Positions 51,007 through 64,000 of a stretch of 64,000 bases of DNA are shown one piece after another. The notes beneath the pieces are model-generated. The model ran no database searches. It saw nothing but the letters and a program-made list of their open reading frames with translations, and was not told where the DNA came from. Source of the DNA: Azolla caroliniana (Eukaryota > Plantae > Polypodiophyta); contig JBHGNT010000006.1 in NCBI GenBank assembly GCA_043228905.1, positions 1,860,001-1,924,000 of the forward strand. The letters run 5' to 3'. Within the stretch, counting starts at the first letter, position 1, and each line of letters opens with the position of its first letter. The translations under genes and the position numbers were made by a program.

Positions 51007-53718
51007 TTAAATAAACTTCATAAGAAAGTGATTTTGGTCATTTCCAAACTCCTCCTAAGCGGACTTAGGGATGCTAGTACCCCATACTTTAACCCTCGTA
51101 AAAAAGCAACATTGCTACTAATGCGTCGATTAGGCATTTCTTGAGAATCCAATAACTACTTTAGTAAACTTGGCATATGTTATTAGATGCACAATTACCC
51201 CTCCTCCCCACCTCCATGTGCTCTGTAGCACACTCATTCCATCTATATGATCAAGTAGAACCTCAAGTTCGCAATATTTGATATTTTTAAAGGTTTCAAG
51301 TGGCTTCTTAGTGTTAAAAAGCGTTGTTTATCCTTACATGTTTTTACGGGTCTTCACAACTTTAACCTTCATTTTAGAGCTATTTACACTCAATTATATC
51401 ATATTGTCACAAACTTGTAGGCATATTGTCAAGGATTAGGAACCCCCCCCACATCATCCATGTGTAGCCAAAACATGTTAAGTACCTATCATATGTTGTA
51501 TGACCTATGTAGAGGCACTAAAAGTATGAGAACAAGAAAAGGGGAACACAACAAAGTGGAGTCTATGCCTAATGTTTTCCCAATGTGAAAGGAGACCATC
51601 CAGATGTAAAATAGCTATTGAAGTCACTTTTTGTGCCTTTTTTAGCTTCTTTTAGAATATTTTGTTTTCTTCTCCTATTAATCCAAGCTAGAGCTCTCTT
51701 TACACCCTCCCCCCTCTCTACCCCCCAATACTCGTAAATTGAATGATTGTGTTGAATTCTATCTAGCTAAACCATATTTATTCCTCCTTTTTGTGTATGT
51801 TGTGGTGACTTTTTTATATCTTATTTAATGATATGTATTATGGCATGAATATATATAACTCCGATGACACAAAGACGTACGATCGACAAGAACACCTTGA
51901 TGACATACCAAATGATAAATTCTTTGATGCCTTCTTGCTTCTTAGACTCATAAACCATTTGTTCTAATTCATTGATGCATGAACTAAGGAGAGTTGGTAA
52001 CAATGATTATCCTTCTTTGACATCGATGATGATAATGAAAAAGTAGAAATTTCATATCCTATACGCACATGGCTCATAACTAAAATATTTGGTAAGGAAA
52101 CCATGCTCAAAATATTAGACCTAAATCAAATACTATAGTTAAGTGTTAAAATGATGAGATCACAATAAAACAAATGACAATGTTTCCATTGATTATAATT
52201 GCACTAATTATAGGTTGCGCTTAAATCCTTCAATTTGTCATAGGCGTGGGTGATATAGAAGAGACCAATCACATTTGTAAATGTGCCTATTGTATAAACA
52301 TAGAAACTCCATTACTTCAATTTGCCTTCCTGAATATGTGAAGATATATTGCCAAAGAATTAGTGTCGAAGATCATGGCCCTAGGCTTTCTTATATAGTA
52401 GTCATCTTGGAGGCTAACGACATGACTAATTAAACTCTATAGGGTGTAGTGAGTGTCATGCTTAGAAGTCAAGGCTAGTGCATTTTTCTCAAGGTAAAAA
52501 ATGTGTCATGGAGCACTTACATCATGCACATGTTTGTAAGGAGCATGATGGTTGTATTTTTATTAGCTTCATTCACGAAGTAAAATATAGAGTACATATA
52601 TACATGTGTTTGTTTGCATCTATATGTGTGTGAACATGCCTATGATACAAGAATAGTTTTTATTACCATTCTCCATGATAATATCCAAGAAAATACATGT
52701 GCATGTGTGTGCTTAAGAGCAGAAGAAATAAGAAAGGTATTAGTGTCTACATCATAAAGTCGGATTACGGTACATATCACGATTACAATATATGGTTGAA
52801 TTCAAGTTATCTATATTGAAACAATAATTAAGATACGTAGGTTTACCAAGGATTCACCATAATGCATGTAATGGAAATGATTATTGAGATTGTTTACAAA
52901 AATTATTTGTATAAATAATATGGATGGGGAGAGCAATGGTTAAGGGACATGGTTTTTGAGGTTGAGCAAGCTATATTAAAGTTCATTGAGAACATATGAG
53001 TGTCCTCGTAGAGATTGAATATGGGCAATAAAAATATCCATGAACTGGTATTTTTATGCGCCACGTGTATTGTATGGCGATACTTATAGTCTCTATTGTC
53101 ATCGGTATTCCCATGCTTGGTCTACGATTAATCCTTGATGCTTTGCTACTTAACAATAAATAGGGATAATAAAAGAGGGACTTTGGGGACTTGACACTAC
53201 TAAATTTTTATAATAAATGTATAACTTATAAGTATTCGTTTTATTTTTAATAAATAAATAAAATAAAATGAAGGCTCATTAATTTCTCACTTTTTATTTC
53301 CTCAAAATTTATGGACATTTTTATCTTGACATTAAAAATAGTACTTCAAACTAATCATATCTTCAAAGTTCATACTAATTAGTAATCATATTTGTATAAT
53401 AAATATAAAAATATTCGTTTAAAAAAAATTAATTAATTAAAATAAGTTTCATAAACTCTCGTCACACTATAATCTATAAATGAATAATTGTTTTTTTTTC
53501 GAAATACATTTATTTAAATAAATAAATATTTGTTTTATATTTATTTTACAAAACGAATGGGTTTTTTTAATATTCTTGGGGTAATTTTGTATTCTCGAAT
53601 ATAGAGAATGTTGCGCATGAAGAATATCACGAATATCACGCATGTGTCAATCTATGATCAGGTAAAATGGGTTTTAGGGTTTAGTGGAGCAGCAGCAGCA
53701 GCAGCATATTTCTCAAGG

Positions 53719-54494
53719 ATGTATTCCTCACTAATTTCTTCCTTTCTTTCCACGTCTGATTACCTTCTTCATTCAACCGAGAAAAGCCTGCAGAATACGA
53801 GAACGTCTCTCTGTTCCTATTATTGTAACTCATACAACTCCCCCCTGCTCAGTTCTAGGAAGAATCTCAATTTCTCCTACCCGTCGAGGAAATGTCTCTT
53901 TACTCAGCATCAGACACAGAAATTAACTCATGAATCTTCTTTACTTGGCAGCTTATTTACGAGTACTAGTACTACCACAACACTATGTTACCAAGGTTCT
54001 GTTGATTTTGGTAAGGAGGAAAACCTGAAGGAAGAAGAAGATCTAATCGGTGATAGTAAACACGATGATGCCCATCAAGTTATGCAAGAAGGCAATGAAA
54101 ATGGTGTAACTATAACTCTAACTGCAACAGAGACTATCTTGCGTGGGGAGGCATTTATTCGTCCTCACTTGCTAGAGTTAGCTCCGTACACACCAATTGT
54201 CCCTTTCGAGGCAAGTTAATTTTTTTAGAGAGATAATGACATAATATGGTGATATGACATACTAAATCTAGAAAGAAGTGTTATGAGTACCTCTCATCTT
54301 TCACTGGTGTAGGAGCCACAGGTGTCTCATGCAAATATTTTTCTTTAGGTTGAGTAATTGATTACGAGTAGCATTGTTGAATGAGAGAGAATAGAATAGA
54401 TGTTCAATCGTCCATAAAGAGGCCAAATTTGACCAATGGGATCAAATCAACATATCAGCTTGTATGTGATTCCTTCCTAGTGAAAACTCTGTAG

Positions 54495-54565
<71 letters not shown>

Positions 54566-57500
54566 ACATCTAGTAGAAGCCAAAATCATTCTATGAGATG
54601 AATCATGATTGCGAATGGGTGAATTCATGTCATATCCATACTATATAACAAATAAAACCTATTGGCTTCCCAAAGCTTCATGATCATTATCTTAATGCAT
54701 GTGGTTTGAATGATTGTGGATATGGTTTACGAGCATCAAGAGTATAACAGTTTGTATGTTGAAGTAGTGGTGAGGAAACATTGTATCCGAGGTTGGTTGG
54801 CTGGCGTGATGAAAAGGTTTATGACAAAGTTGGTGCATCTGTGTGTCCTTGTGCATGTGGACATGGGAAGCAATGATCTCCATGATTTAGTGATTGTATG
54901 GCCATGTGCCTTATATCCCAGTACTCCCAGTCTCCGGTTGTTATCAGCATTCCTCATTGCACTCTGTAGAAAGTCCTTGGCACTTTGTCAGTAGAAATGT
55001 GGAGCAATGGAAGAAATCAGTGATGTGCAATTGGCACTGCATATTCAGGAGAAATACTGTGAAATATATGTGAATACAAAAAGGAGGGAAATATGCAACA
55101 TTCTTGGTTCTCGGACTTCTATCACTGCATTTATTCATGCTTAGATCATGTGGTTAATTCATGTTCTTCTATATGTTCTAAATGCTAGATTCTGTCGGCG
55201 AAACTCGGAAGAGCACCACAGGATATTGTGAAGCTTGATGCAAATGAAAATCCATATGGGCCACCTCCTGAGGTACTCTTTATTGGATATGATGCATAAA
55301 TATCGTAATATCAGACTCTGTTTAGTTTTATAATAAAATGTAACCAATCTTCCAAGGCAGGAGTTTTTTATGATGATGATGATGACAGGTTTTGGAGGCT
55401 TTAGGAAACATAGAATTTCCCTATATATACCCGGATCCAGAGTCTAGGCGCTTAAGAGCAGCACTTGCAAAAGATTCAGGTTTAGATGCAGAGCATATTC
55501 TAGTTGGTTGTGGAGCAGATGAGCTAATTGATCTTATAATGCGGTAAACAAAACTATGCGCTAAGTGCAGTTGGTATCGATGATTAAATGCACATTATAT
55601 GCTCTGTTTCTCTTTCAATAAACTTTGGTAGGTGTACGATTGAGCCGGGCGATGCAATAATAGACTGTCCCCCAACATTTACAATGTATGTATTTGATGC
55701 TGATGTGAATGGAGCTAAAGTTGTAACAGGTGCATTTGTGGATTTCCTTCGTTATCTTTCCTGAATTTGATTGAGATCTTTCTGATCCACATTTGCTCCA
55801 TTGGTTAGTTCCACGCAAGTCAGATTTCAGTCTGGATGTTGATGGTATTATCAGGGCAGTGAACCAGCATAGTCCAAAGGTTATCTTTTTGACATCTCCT
55901 AACAATCCAGATGGCAGGTGTAATGTCTAAAGAAGTCTACACGTTTCCTAATTAAAGCAGAAATTCTCGATATTGAATTTGAGATTAAGATTTGCTTGTG
56001 AACAGTCTGATAAGTGAAAGAGACCTCATGGAAATTTTGAAGCTTCCAGTTTTAGTGGTCTTGGATGAAGCATATATAGAGTTTTCAGGAGAGCCATCTC
56101 GTATAACCTGGGTGAAAGACTATGAGAATCTAATTGTGCTGCGCACCTTCAGCAAACGGGCAGGTTCGCATATAAAATAGTTCAGATAACTTGCATGGAA
56201 CTAATAAAACTTAGAATTGCGTGTTTTGTGGGGACATAATGCTTAATCTGTCAATTCTTTCCAATTCTTTATCTACAAGTCTTAGCATCATAAAAGTATT
56301 GTGAAAAGAATTAAACCGTAGGGACATTTGGGTGGTGGTTTTGCTTTGTCAATGCTTCCTGATGAGTATTATTAACTCGAACTATTCTACACCAAATCAT
56401 GACATAGCTTTAAATTTGATTGACAATAGGATATAATTTAGCGTATCCATGAATGTATGCCAGACCAGTCGTTTGTCTTTTTGGATTAGTGGCTGTAGGT
56501 CTTTGAGACTTTGTCATGTTGTTGCTGCATCTTTACTGATGAGGTGGCATAGATTCCAACATCTCCTGCTAGGCACATTGCTTCTCTTTGTGGCAGTCCT
56601 CATTGGTTTGCATGCAGCTCCTTCTCAGTGATCTCTTTGTTCATTGTATCATCTGGTTTGGGCCATGATAGGAGAGCTGCTGAACAAAGAGGGCTGGATT
56701 ATAATTGAGAGCTGGATGATAAATGCTTGAAGGGTCTGTGATACACTGTACACTACATAGATTTGGGTGAGAGATGTTTGAAATGCCTCCCATATTCAGT
56801 CCATCCTTCCTTGAGTTACCGTTGGCCAGAAACCTCTGGATCCTCTAGGTCATGTTTAAAACAGTGAAGTCTGAATCATGAGGGCCTTTTGGGGCTAAAG
56901 TACAACAATATGTTATGTTCACGTTGCAAAAGAGGGATCATAGCTTAGGAACATTGTTGGGATGAGGGGTGCAGTGTTGGGTGGGCATGGTTTGTGTGAC
57001 TGGTCACTATTAAAGAAGGCGAAAGCCTCACTTATGGTATGATGGCCACCACTAGCTAGAGAGCTAACATAGAGCCCCTGATGTTAGGATAGGTTAAGGT
57101 CATCCTAATGAGGTGAGGGTGGGTAGTAGGGAACACGATCATACAATTGCTATACCATGTCGGGGGATGCTAGGGCCCCAACATGGAGGGGCTACTGAGC
57201 AGTGGATATGGTTGGGAAGCCCATTCAGATTATGGTCCTAGCAGTTTTGTAGTGAGGGGGTACCTTCGGGTTTGTTTCAGTACACGACTACCTTAAATCT
57301 CTCTCCTCTTACTTTCCACCAGTCCTCTTTTAGTTTGCTCCTCTAAGGGAATCAGCATATAACCATTGTAGGAGGATATAAGATTTGCTAATATGGGGGA
57401 TATCATACTATTATATGACTTCAATGCATGTACTGGGGATCAAAAGATTACTCTGTTTGACACAAATGAGGCCGTTATATTGCAGCAGAAGAAAGTTGCC

Positions 57501-60500
57501 TAAAGTGACAATCTGAGGATATGGGAGAAATAACAGAATGATGTGTTGTTTTGTTGCCAATGGCACATGATGGTTAACCACCTCCAAAGCAAGTAATTAT
57601 CTATTTAAAAATGTTATTTTCATGTGAAGGTGAAGACTGAGTTCCAAACTCAACATCCTTCTTCCTTGACGGAATGTAAATATCACTAGGATAACTATTT
57701 TCTTTGTTAAATAAATATATGCTGAAAGATATAATCAATATAATCATTGTATGTAAGCTAAAGCATGCGTGCTATAAGTGGCGACATGCTCTTAGCGCTG
57801 AATGCATGTGAGACTCTATATAAAGGGTCTCTCATCTTATGCAAAGGGGGGAGGAGAAAAAGAGGAGGGGAAAAAAACCGTATCTATGTGTCGGGGAGAA
57901 TAAAAGAGCAAAGTGCCCCAAAAATTCTAGTAAGGAGGGTTGAAATCTAAGGTGTAAGTTCATATCTATTAATACAATCACATACTGTTTCCATTTGAGG
58001 ATGTTTTATGGGAAGTATTGAGTCATAAATTAATAGCTATATATAGATATATATAACATATTTTATTTAAATATATGTTGTGGTTTATTAATGGAAATGA
58101 TTTAATCTGTCATGAAGTTCTCGGGTTCAAGACTAACTTGGCAAAAATAATCTTTATGAAGTATCTTTTTGCTCCTCAATCGCTACCTGTGGATATAGTC
58201 CTGGTGCTTGTCCGCCCACAGGCAACTTCATGATATCGTATCTATGCTTCAAGGTGAAGTATGTATATGATGAGAATGGGACTAGGCATATCTATAGCAC
58301 TCTTGCATTCTTGCATTAGTGTATAATTAGTCATAAATTTACGGACATGAACAAGAGTTTTAGATGTATTGGGTTAAGTTGATCCAATCTGGATATTTTG
58401 TTGAATCAAATAGATTGTTATTGATTCAATTTCCACATCAATGGTTTCCTTTGAAGTTCATGTAGTATGTACTTTATGGCAGTCCTTGATTCTCTACGAA
58501 TATAGCATGAAGTAAAACTAACTATTAATAACAAGAAAGCTGAATTCATTTTCTGTTAGCTAATTTAATTGCATATTGGCTTCACTGTGACTACTATAAA
58601 TTTTGAATATATCATAAAGTTTGGGAGACAAACTATTCTGATTTAGACTAAATAGTAGGGTTGACCATGTTCTTTCAAGGAGTCTATACTCTAATAAAAG
58701 AGGTTATTGTGGACTTATTGCTACATAAAACATGTGAAGAGTTTAGGTGCGCTTTAAAAGCAATAAGATAATGGTGTGGATGTTGTCATATAAGTGATAG
58801 TCATCAACAAGCTTTCATGTCACGTCAGTAACCATGCGAAGAATTATGCATTAGCAGAAAGCCCTAAAATTTAGAAATTCTGGATACTCAATAATGTATT
58901 ATTAAAAAGCCCTAAGGTCTGTCTTTCTTGAATTTTTGTTAGGTCTCCAATAATGATCTCAATTAGAATTATAGTTACAGATAGAGGAGCCACAGCCACA
59001 GCCACATTCTTCATCCTTCTTACGTTGTTGATTTTGCAGCATCCCAAGATGGCAATAGAGAATCCACAGAGTAAATATATCACCATAGCCTACCACCGTT
59101 GTACTGCTCTATTCTTCCATTCTGAATAACTTTCTCTCCTTATCTATTTTTAGTCACCAAATTCCCTATGAATTTCATTATCACTGTTTGTGGCTTTTGT
59201 GAAGCGAAGACAATTATTCATATTGAATAACATTGATCTGTTCAGTTCCATAAAATTGGATAATAAAGGAATGTGGAGCAGCCCCGCTATGCCTCTAGAT
59301 AAGAAGCCCCACCTTCAGGCCTACCTTTTACCTTCTCTCACGATGGTCTTATCATCAGGTTCTCTTATATGGATGTACTCTTTCTCATGCGATTTATAGT
59401 GCAACAAGGAAGTTTGCGATATCTTCACATCAGTTAGAGAATAAGACAGGTGGATGTGCATGCTAAGTTATGGAGGAACAGATCTACCAATTGGGCCTTT
59501 GGGATGTAAAATTAGAGGAACACTCTTGCCTCTTTGTGAAATAAAGGGGAGATACATTGCCTCTATGAGCAAGGCTTTGCGCCACTGACAAGGAAATGGT
59601 TATTACTAGAAATCAAGAGATGCAAAAAAATAAATACAAATACATAACCTTGTCTTCAAAGAACAATAAGAAACTTCTTTAGCACCATCATCCCTTCTTC
59701 CCCTGCTACAAGTCAATTAAGTGGTACCCAAGTAGAGTTTCGTTCACAACATTTGGAAGGGGTTATTATAACCATGTATAGAATCCATGGCCGTCTAGAC
59801 TATTGACTCGCCCAAGGTTGTTAGGTACGGTATGGATACCATACGTATTTAACGTATTAATACCCGTATAGTACCACCCAATTTAAAAATATGTTAAATA
59901 CGTTTTCTTAATATGTTAAATACTTATAAAATGCGTATTTTACATATAGCACGTTAAATACTTCTAGAATTTGAAAATTATTTACTTTTCAAAAAAATAT
60001 CTATAATATTGTAAAAAACATCTATGTTTACACAATTTTGTGATGTACAATATAGTTCTACATCCTAAAATGCATATAAGACATTTGAACATTTCACATC
60101 CTAAAATACTTGTAGTAATATGGATGTTGAGATTCCCTTATTCTATAAATCAGTGTAAGTGTGTATCACAATGTTCTACTTCAAATTGTAATTATTTACA
60201 ATTATACCTTCATAGATTGAGGTATCGTCTACGATTATCACACTCATTATAGGTTTCTCTTTTCTTCGTTTTCTTCTTCTTCTTCTTCTTCTTCTATCTT
60301 TTGTGAATGTCTTCTTTTCTCAATTCTTCTTCTTCTTCTTCATCATCATCTCTTCTATTCTTCTTTTTCACTAAAATCTTTTTTTTTATCATCATCTCTT
60401 CTATTCTTCTTCTATCTTTTGTGAATGTCTTCTTTTCTCACTTCTTCTTCTTCTTCATCATCATCTCTTCTATTCTTCTTTTTTTTCTTTTGCTTTTTGT

Positions 60501-63357
60501 TAGGGTTTTACTTTCATTTTCTTTATAAATACGTATTATACCTGTTTTTTTATAAATACGTTAAATACCTTGTATTGAAAATCTCGTCATCTTGGATTGT
60601 CCCATGTAGGAGGTCTTTTGAAGGTAGGGGTTTTAGTGCACCAAAGTTCAGAACATTACATGCTTAGCTAATGGGAATATCTAGCATGTCAAGAAACTTT
60701 AATATTCTAGTTATATCTATTTTGCTTTATTCTCCAAGATGAAAACAAAATTTGAAGATGCTATCTCACTTAGGTCTCATAGGCCATTTTGGCTTTTTAA
60801 TAGACATTAATGTCTTTCTTTCTCTACATCTCATCTGAGCTGGTCTCCATTTCCTGTCCATTGTCTTCTTGTCTTGCTCTACTATTTATGCTTGTGTGTG
60901 TTGCCCTCTGTTTTAAAACTTGTCATTATGCTTTAATTGGAGGTTTGAAATGGTTTACCATTGGCTGATGCGGCACACTATTTTGAAAGATGGCAAAACC
61001 AATATGTGTATTGGGGGCATGGATGAGCATGTGCATAAATTATGGGCCCCTAGGATTATTTTTGAACCCAGCTTGTCTAGATTCTGCATGTTGAAGTGTC
61101 ATGAAATTCTGGCAGGCCTAGCAGGCTTACGTGTAGGATATGGGGGCTTTCCACTTGGTATAATCAAGTACTTGTGGAGAGCGAAGCAACCATACAATGT
61201 CTCTGTTGCTGCAGAGTTGGCTGCATGTGCTGCCTTGGAGAATCCTTCTTACCTCGAGGTGACTTAGAAGCTATTATCTTTTATTAAGTTTTAAGGTCAC
61301 TTAAAATTTCATCCTAATCCAGTAATCATTTACTTTGTTCATAACTATCTCTTGGGCAAAAGAAAATTCCAGTCTTACAAAGGTGTTTATAGATTATCCT
61401 AATACATGATAATATGCAACTGAAAACAGATGGTGAAGGAGGCTTTAGTTACTGAAAGAGAACGATTGTTTGGGCTGCATTCCTTGTGTTGAAAATCTCG
61501 TCATCTTGGATTGTCCCATGTAGGAGATCTTTTGAAGGTAGGGGTTTTAGTGCACCAAAGTTCAGAACATTACATGCTTAGCTAATGGGAATATCTAGCA
61601 CGTCAAGAAACTTTAATATTCTAGTTATATCTATTTTGCTTTATTCTCCAAGATGAAAACAAAATTTGAAGATGCTATCTCACTTAGGTCTCATAGGCCA
61701 TTTTGGCTTTTTAATAGACATTAATGTCTTTCTTTCTCTACATCTCATCTGAGCTGGTCTCCATTTCCTGTCCATTGTCTTCTTGTCTTGCTCTACTATT
61801 TATGCTTGTGTGTGTTGCCCTCTGTTTTAAAACTTGTCATTATGCTTTAATTGGAGGTTTGAAATGGTTTACCATTGGCTGATGCGGCACACTATTTTGA
61901 AAGATGGCAAAACCAATATGTGTATTGGGGGCATGGATGAGCATGTGCATAAATTATGGGCCCCTAGGATTATTTTTGAACCCAGCTTGTCTAGATTCTG
62001 CGCGTTGAAGTGTCATGAAATTCTGGCAGGCCTAGCAGGCTTACGTGTAGGATATGGGGGTTTCCCACTTGGTATTATCAAGTACTTGTGGAGAGCGAAG
62101 CAACCATACAATGTCTCTGTTGCTGCAGAGTTGGCTGCATGTGCTGCCTTGGAGAATCCTTCTTACCTCGAGGTGACTTAGAAGCTATTATCTTTTATTA
62201 AGTTTTAAGGTCACTTAAAATTTCATCCTAATCCAGTAATCATTTACTTTGTTCATAACTATCTCTTGGGCAAAAGAAAATTCCAGTCTTACAAAGGTGT
62301 TTATAGATTATCCTAATACATGATAATATGCAACTGAAAACAGATGGTGAAGGAGGCTTTAGTTACTGAAAGAGAACGATTGTTTGGGCTGCTTCAACAA
62401 GTACCCGTGTTAACTCCATTTCCAAGTCATGCGAATTTTATTCTGTGTGCTGTAAAGGATGGCAGTATGGCTGGAAAGATCAAGGTAAAAATTCATTCTT
62501 TTTCTTTTTCACTTAATATGTGCAACTGAAAGGGAAGGCGATTCAAACTATAGGCGTGTGAAACATTAGTGTGGTTTAAAAATACTAGTCAATAGAGGCA
62601 TGTGTGGTTTAAAAATACTAATCAATAGCCCCAATCTGGGTTGAAATCTCCCATACTTGATTACATGGAAATGACCAACATGCTTAAGATTTAGAAACAT
62701 TGAAGAGAGAGGGCATCCACGATATGATGTGAAACACTACATGCATGCATATAACCTGCACTGACAGAGACATGCATATAAGGTTTTTGTTTCCTAGTAA
62801 TGCATTATATTACTGGTGGAAAACTTCAACCTGAGGTGGAAGCCTACTAAATATGATTACGACTTACAAGAAAAATGACCAAGTTGTCATTGCATTAAAT
62901 CTGTCTTTAGGTCTTATCATGTGAATCATAACAAGCACATATAGAACATTCACTCCCAAATCCTAGACACAGTTTTGGATCCCTTGGGTGAATCCCACTA
63001 TGTTTGGAATGAAATCAATGTAATTGTTTCAAATGTATCTTTGATAAAGATATAAATTTTAGTCTCAAAGGATTTATTTAAATCTATTCATTGAGATTTT
63101 TCTAATGATATGTCATATGAGATACAAATTACAATCACATTATTGTAATGCATTTTTTAAGTCGGTTTATATATTGGTTGGGAATTTCTAAACTCCGCAA
63201 CTTTCTAATATGGTGTTTTTAGAATGATCTTGTGGAGGAAGGAGTCATGGTACGCCACTATAACAAGAAAGAACTAAGTGGGTTTATAAGGATATCTGTG
63301 GGGAAGCCGCAACACACCGATGCATTAATGAAAGCCCTTGAAAAAGTTCTGAGGTGA
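53719..63357 (+). CDS. HISN6: Plastid histidinol-phosphate aminotransferase (HisC family)
   Basis: Exons 53719-54210 (GC donor), 55189-55272, 55389-55543, 55632-55729, 55809-55917, 56006-56163, 61116-61258 or 62030-62172, 62344-62484, 63223-63357. Motifs [41 protein letters not shown]. An in-frame upstream ATG exists at 53608. Confidence 0.95.
54497..54562. repeat. (GA)n microsatellite in HISN6 intron 1
   Basis: About 33 uninterrupted GA units. Confidence 0.98.
57280..57540 (+). mobile_element. Degraded LINE endonuclease fragment
   Basis: YFPP-like stretch at ~57310 and [12 protein letters not shown] (GDFNA-like motif) at ~57400-57437. Confidence 0.5.
59440..60825 (+). mobile_element. LINE 3' fragment interrupted by an AT/TTC-rich insertion (~59813-60572)
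   Basis: 59545-59600 resembles 47430-47487; 60580-60625 resembles 47812-47855; ends with the hairpin and CTTT tail at 60773-60825. Confidence 0.65.
60568..62392 (+). repeat. 914-bp tandem duplication containing HISN6 exon 7 and the first 49 nt of exon 8
   Basis: Copies 60568-61478 and 61482-62392 differ at about 8 positions by hand count. Confidence 0.97.
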
Positions 63358-63562
63358 AGAAAGTATCTCTATATTGATACTTTTACTAGAAAATGCTCAA
63401 AGATGAGCTCCAAGAGCATTTGTATAATTATCAATGAATGAATTTGATTTAAAGATCGGAAAGAAGACCTGATTTTATATGTTACGGATGATTTAGTTTT
63501 ATGTCATTGAGGGGAAGGTTTAAACTTTAAAGAGTTCTCTTTCCTAAAGAAAATGAGAATTT

Positions 63563-63914
63563 ATGTTTTGAGTAAAATTCTTGACAAAGCTTGTTAGGGC
63601 TTTATTCATCTTAAATAAGAGCCACCATTTTGTCATGGTTTACTTTGCTTGAATGATGGATCTAAGGTTTGCATTGTTGCATTGTTTTGCAACAACATTG
63701 TATCGTTACTTTTTTAGGGCTAAATAGGTTGGTGTGCATGTTTTGAGTAAAATTCTTGACAAAGCTTGTTAGGACTTTATTCATCTTAAATAAGAGCCAC
63801 CATTTTGTCATGGTTTACTTTGCTTGAATGATGGATCCAAGGTTTGCATTGTTGCATTGTTTTGCAACAACATTGTATCGTTACTTTTTTAGGGCTAAAT
63901 AGGTTGGTGTGCAT
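63563..63914 (+). repeat. 175-bp tandem duplication downstream of the HISN6 stop
   Basis: ATGTTTTGAGTAAAATTC starts at 63563 and 63738; copies are near-identical. Confidence 0.95.
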
Positions 63915-64000
63915 GAATCCAGGCTATGATCATAAAATGATTTTGTTTACTTTGCATGATAGTGTGTATAATCTCAAACTAAAAATCTGAGCAAACTAAC

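Noticed and set aside
59813-60572. hAT-type MITE (CAAGGT...ACCTTG ends)
   Set aside because: Only a 6-bp inverted match and no clean 8-bp TSD; kept only as an unclassified insertion.
861-63357. Functional gene cluster linking the seven genes
   Set aside because: The functions are unrelated and PPR genes are very numerous in such genomes, so proximity is not evidence.

Overview
AT-rich eukaryotic nuclear DNA from a seedless vascular plant, most likely a fern (inferred from the DYW:KP and DYW:WW PPR subtypes). Seven protein genes are supported: a PLS-PPR with a degenerate WW-type DYW domain (861-2753,+), peroxisomal ascorbate peroxidase (10797-14828,+), splicing factor PRP39 (18427-24567,+), a PLS-PPR with an intact DYW:KP domain that is a candidate U-to-C organellar RNA editing enzyme (27275-31755,+), a SLAC1-family anion channel (34449-38725,-), a secretory thioredoxin-fold/DUF179 protein (41744-49554,-) and histidinol-phosphate aminotransferase (53719-63357,+). 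Between and inside them lie Ty3/gypsy and LINE remnants, tRNA-derived SINE-like heads, a Mutator-type MITE with a 9-bp TSD, and mini/microsatellites. Two themes stand out: (1) two non-canonical DYW editing factors; (2) repeated local duplication of exon-intron junctions in four genes, including a frame-breaking whole-exon duplication in HISN6 and introns built from decayed copies of their own 5' splice junction, plus a PRP39 exon fragment copied in front of the first PPR gene. Exon boundaries were derived by eye from GT/GC-AG sites, frame continuity and recalled family motifs; no search was run.
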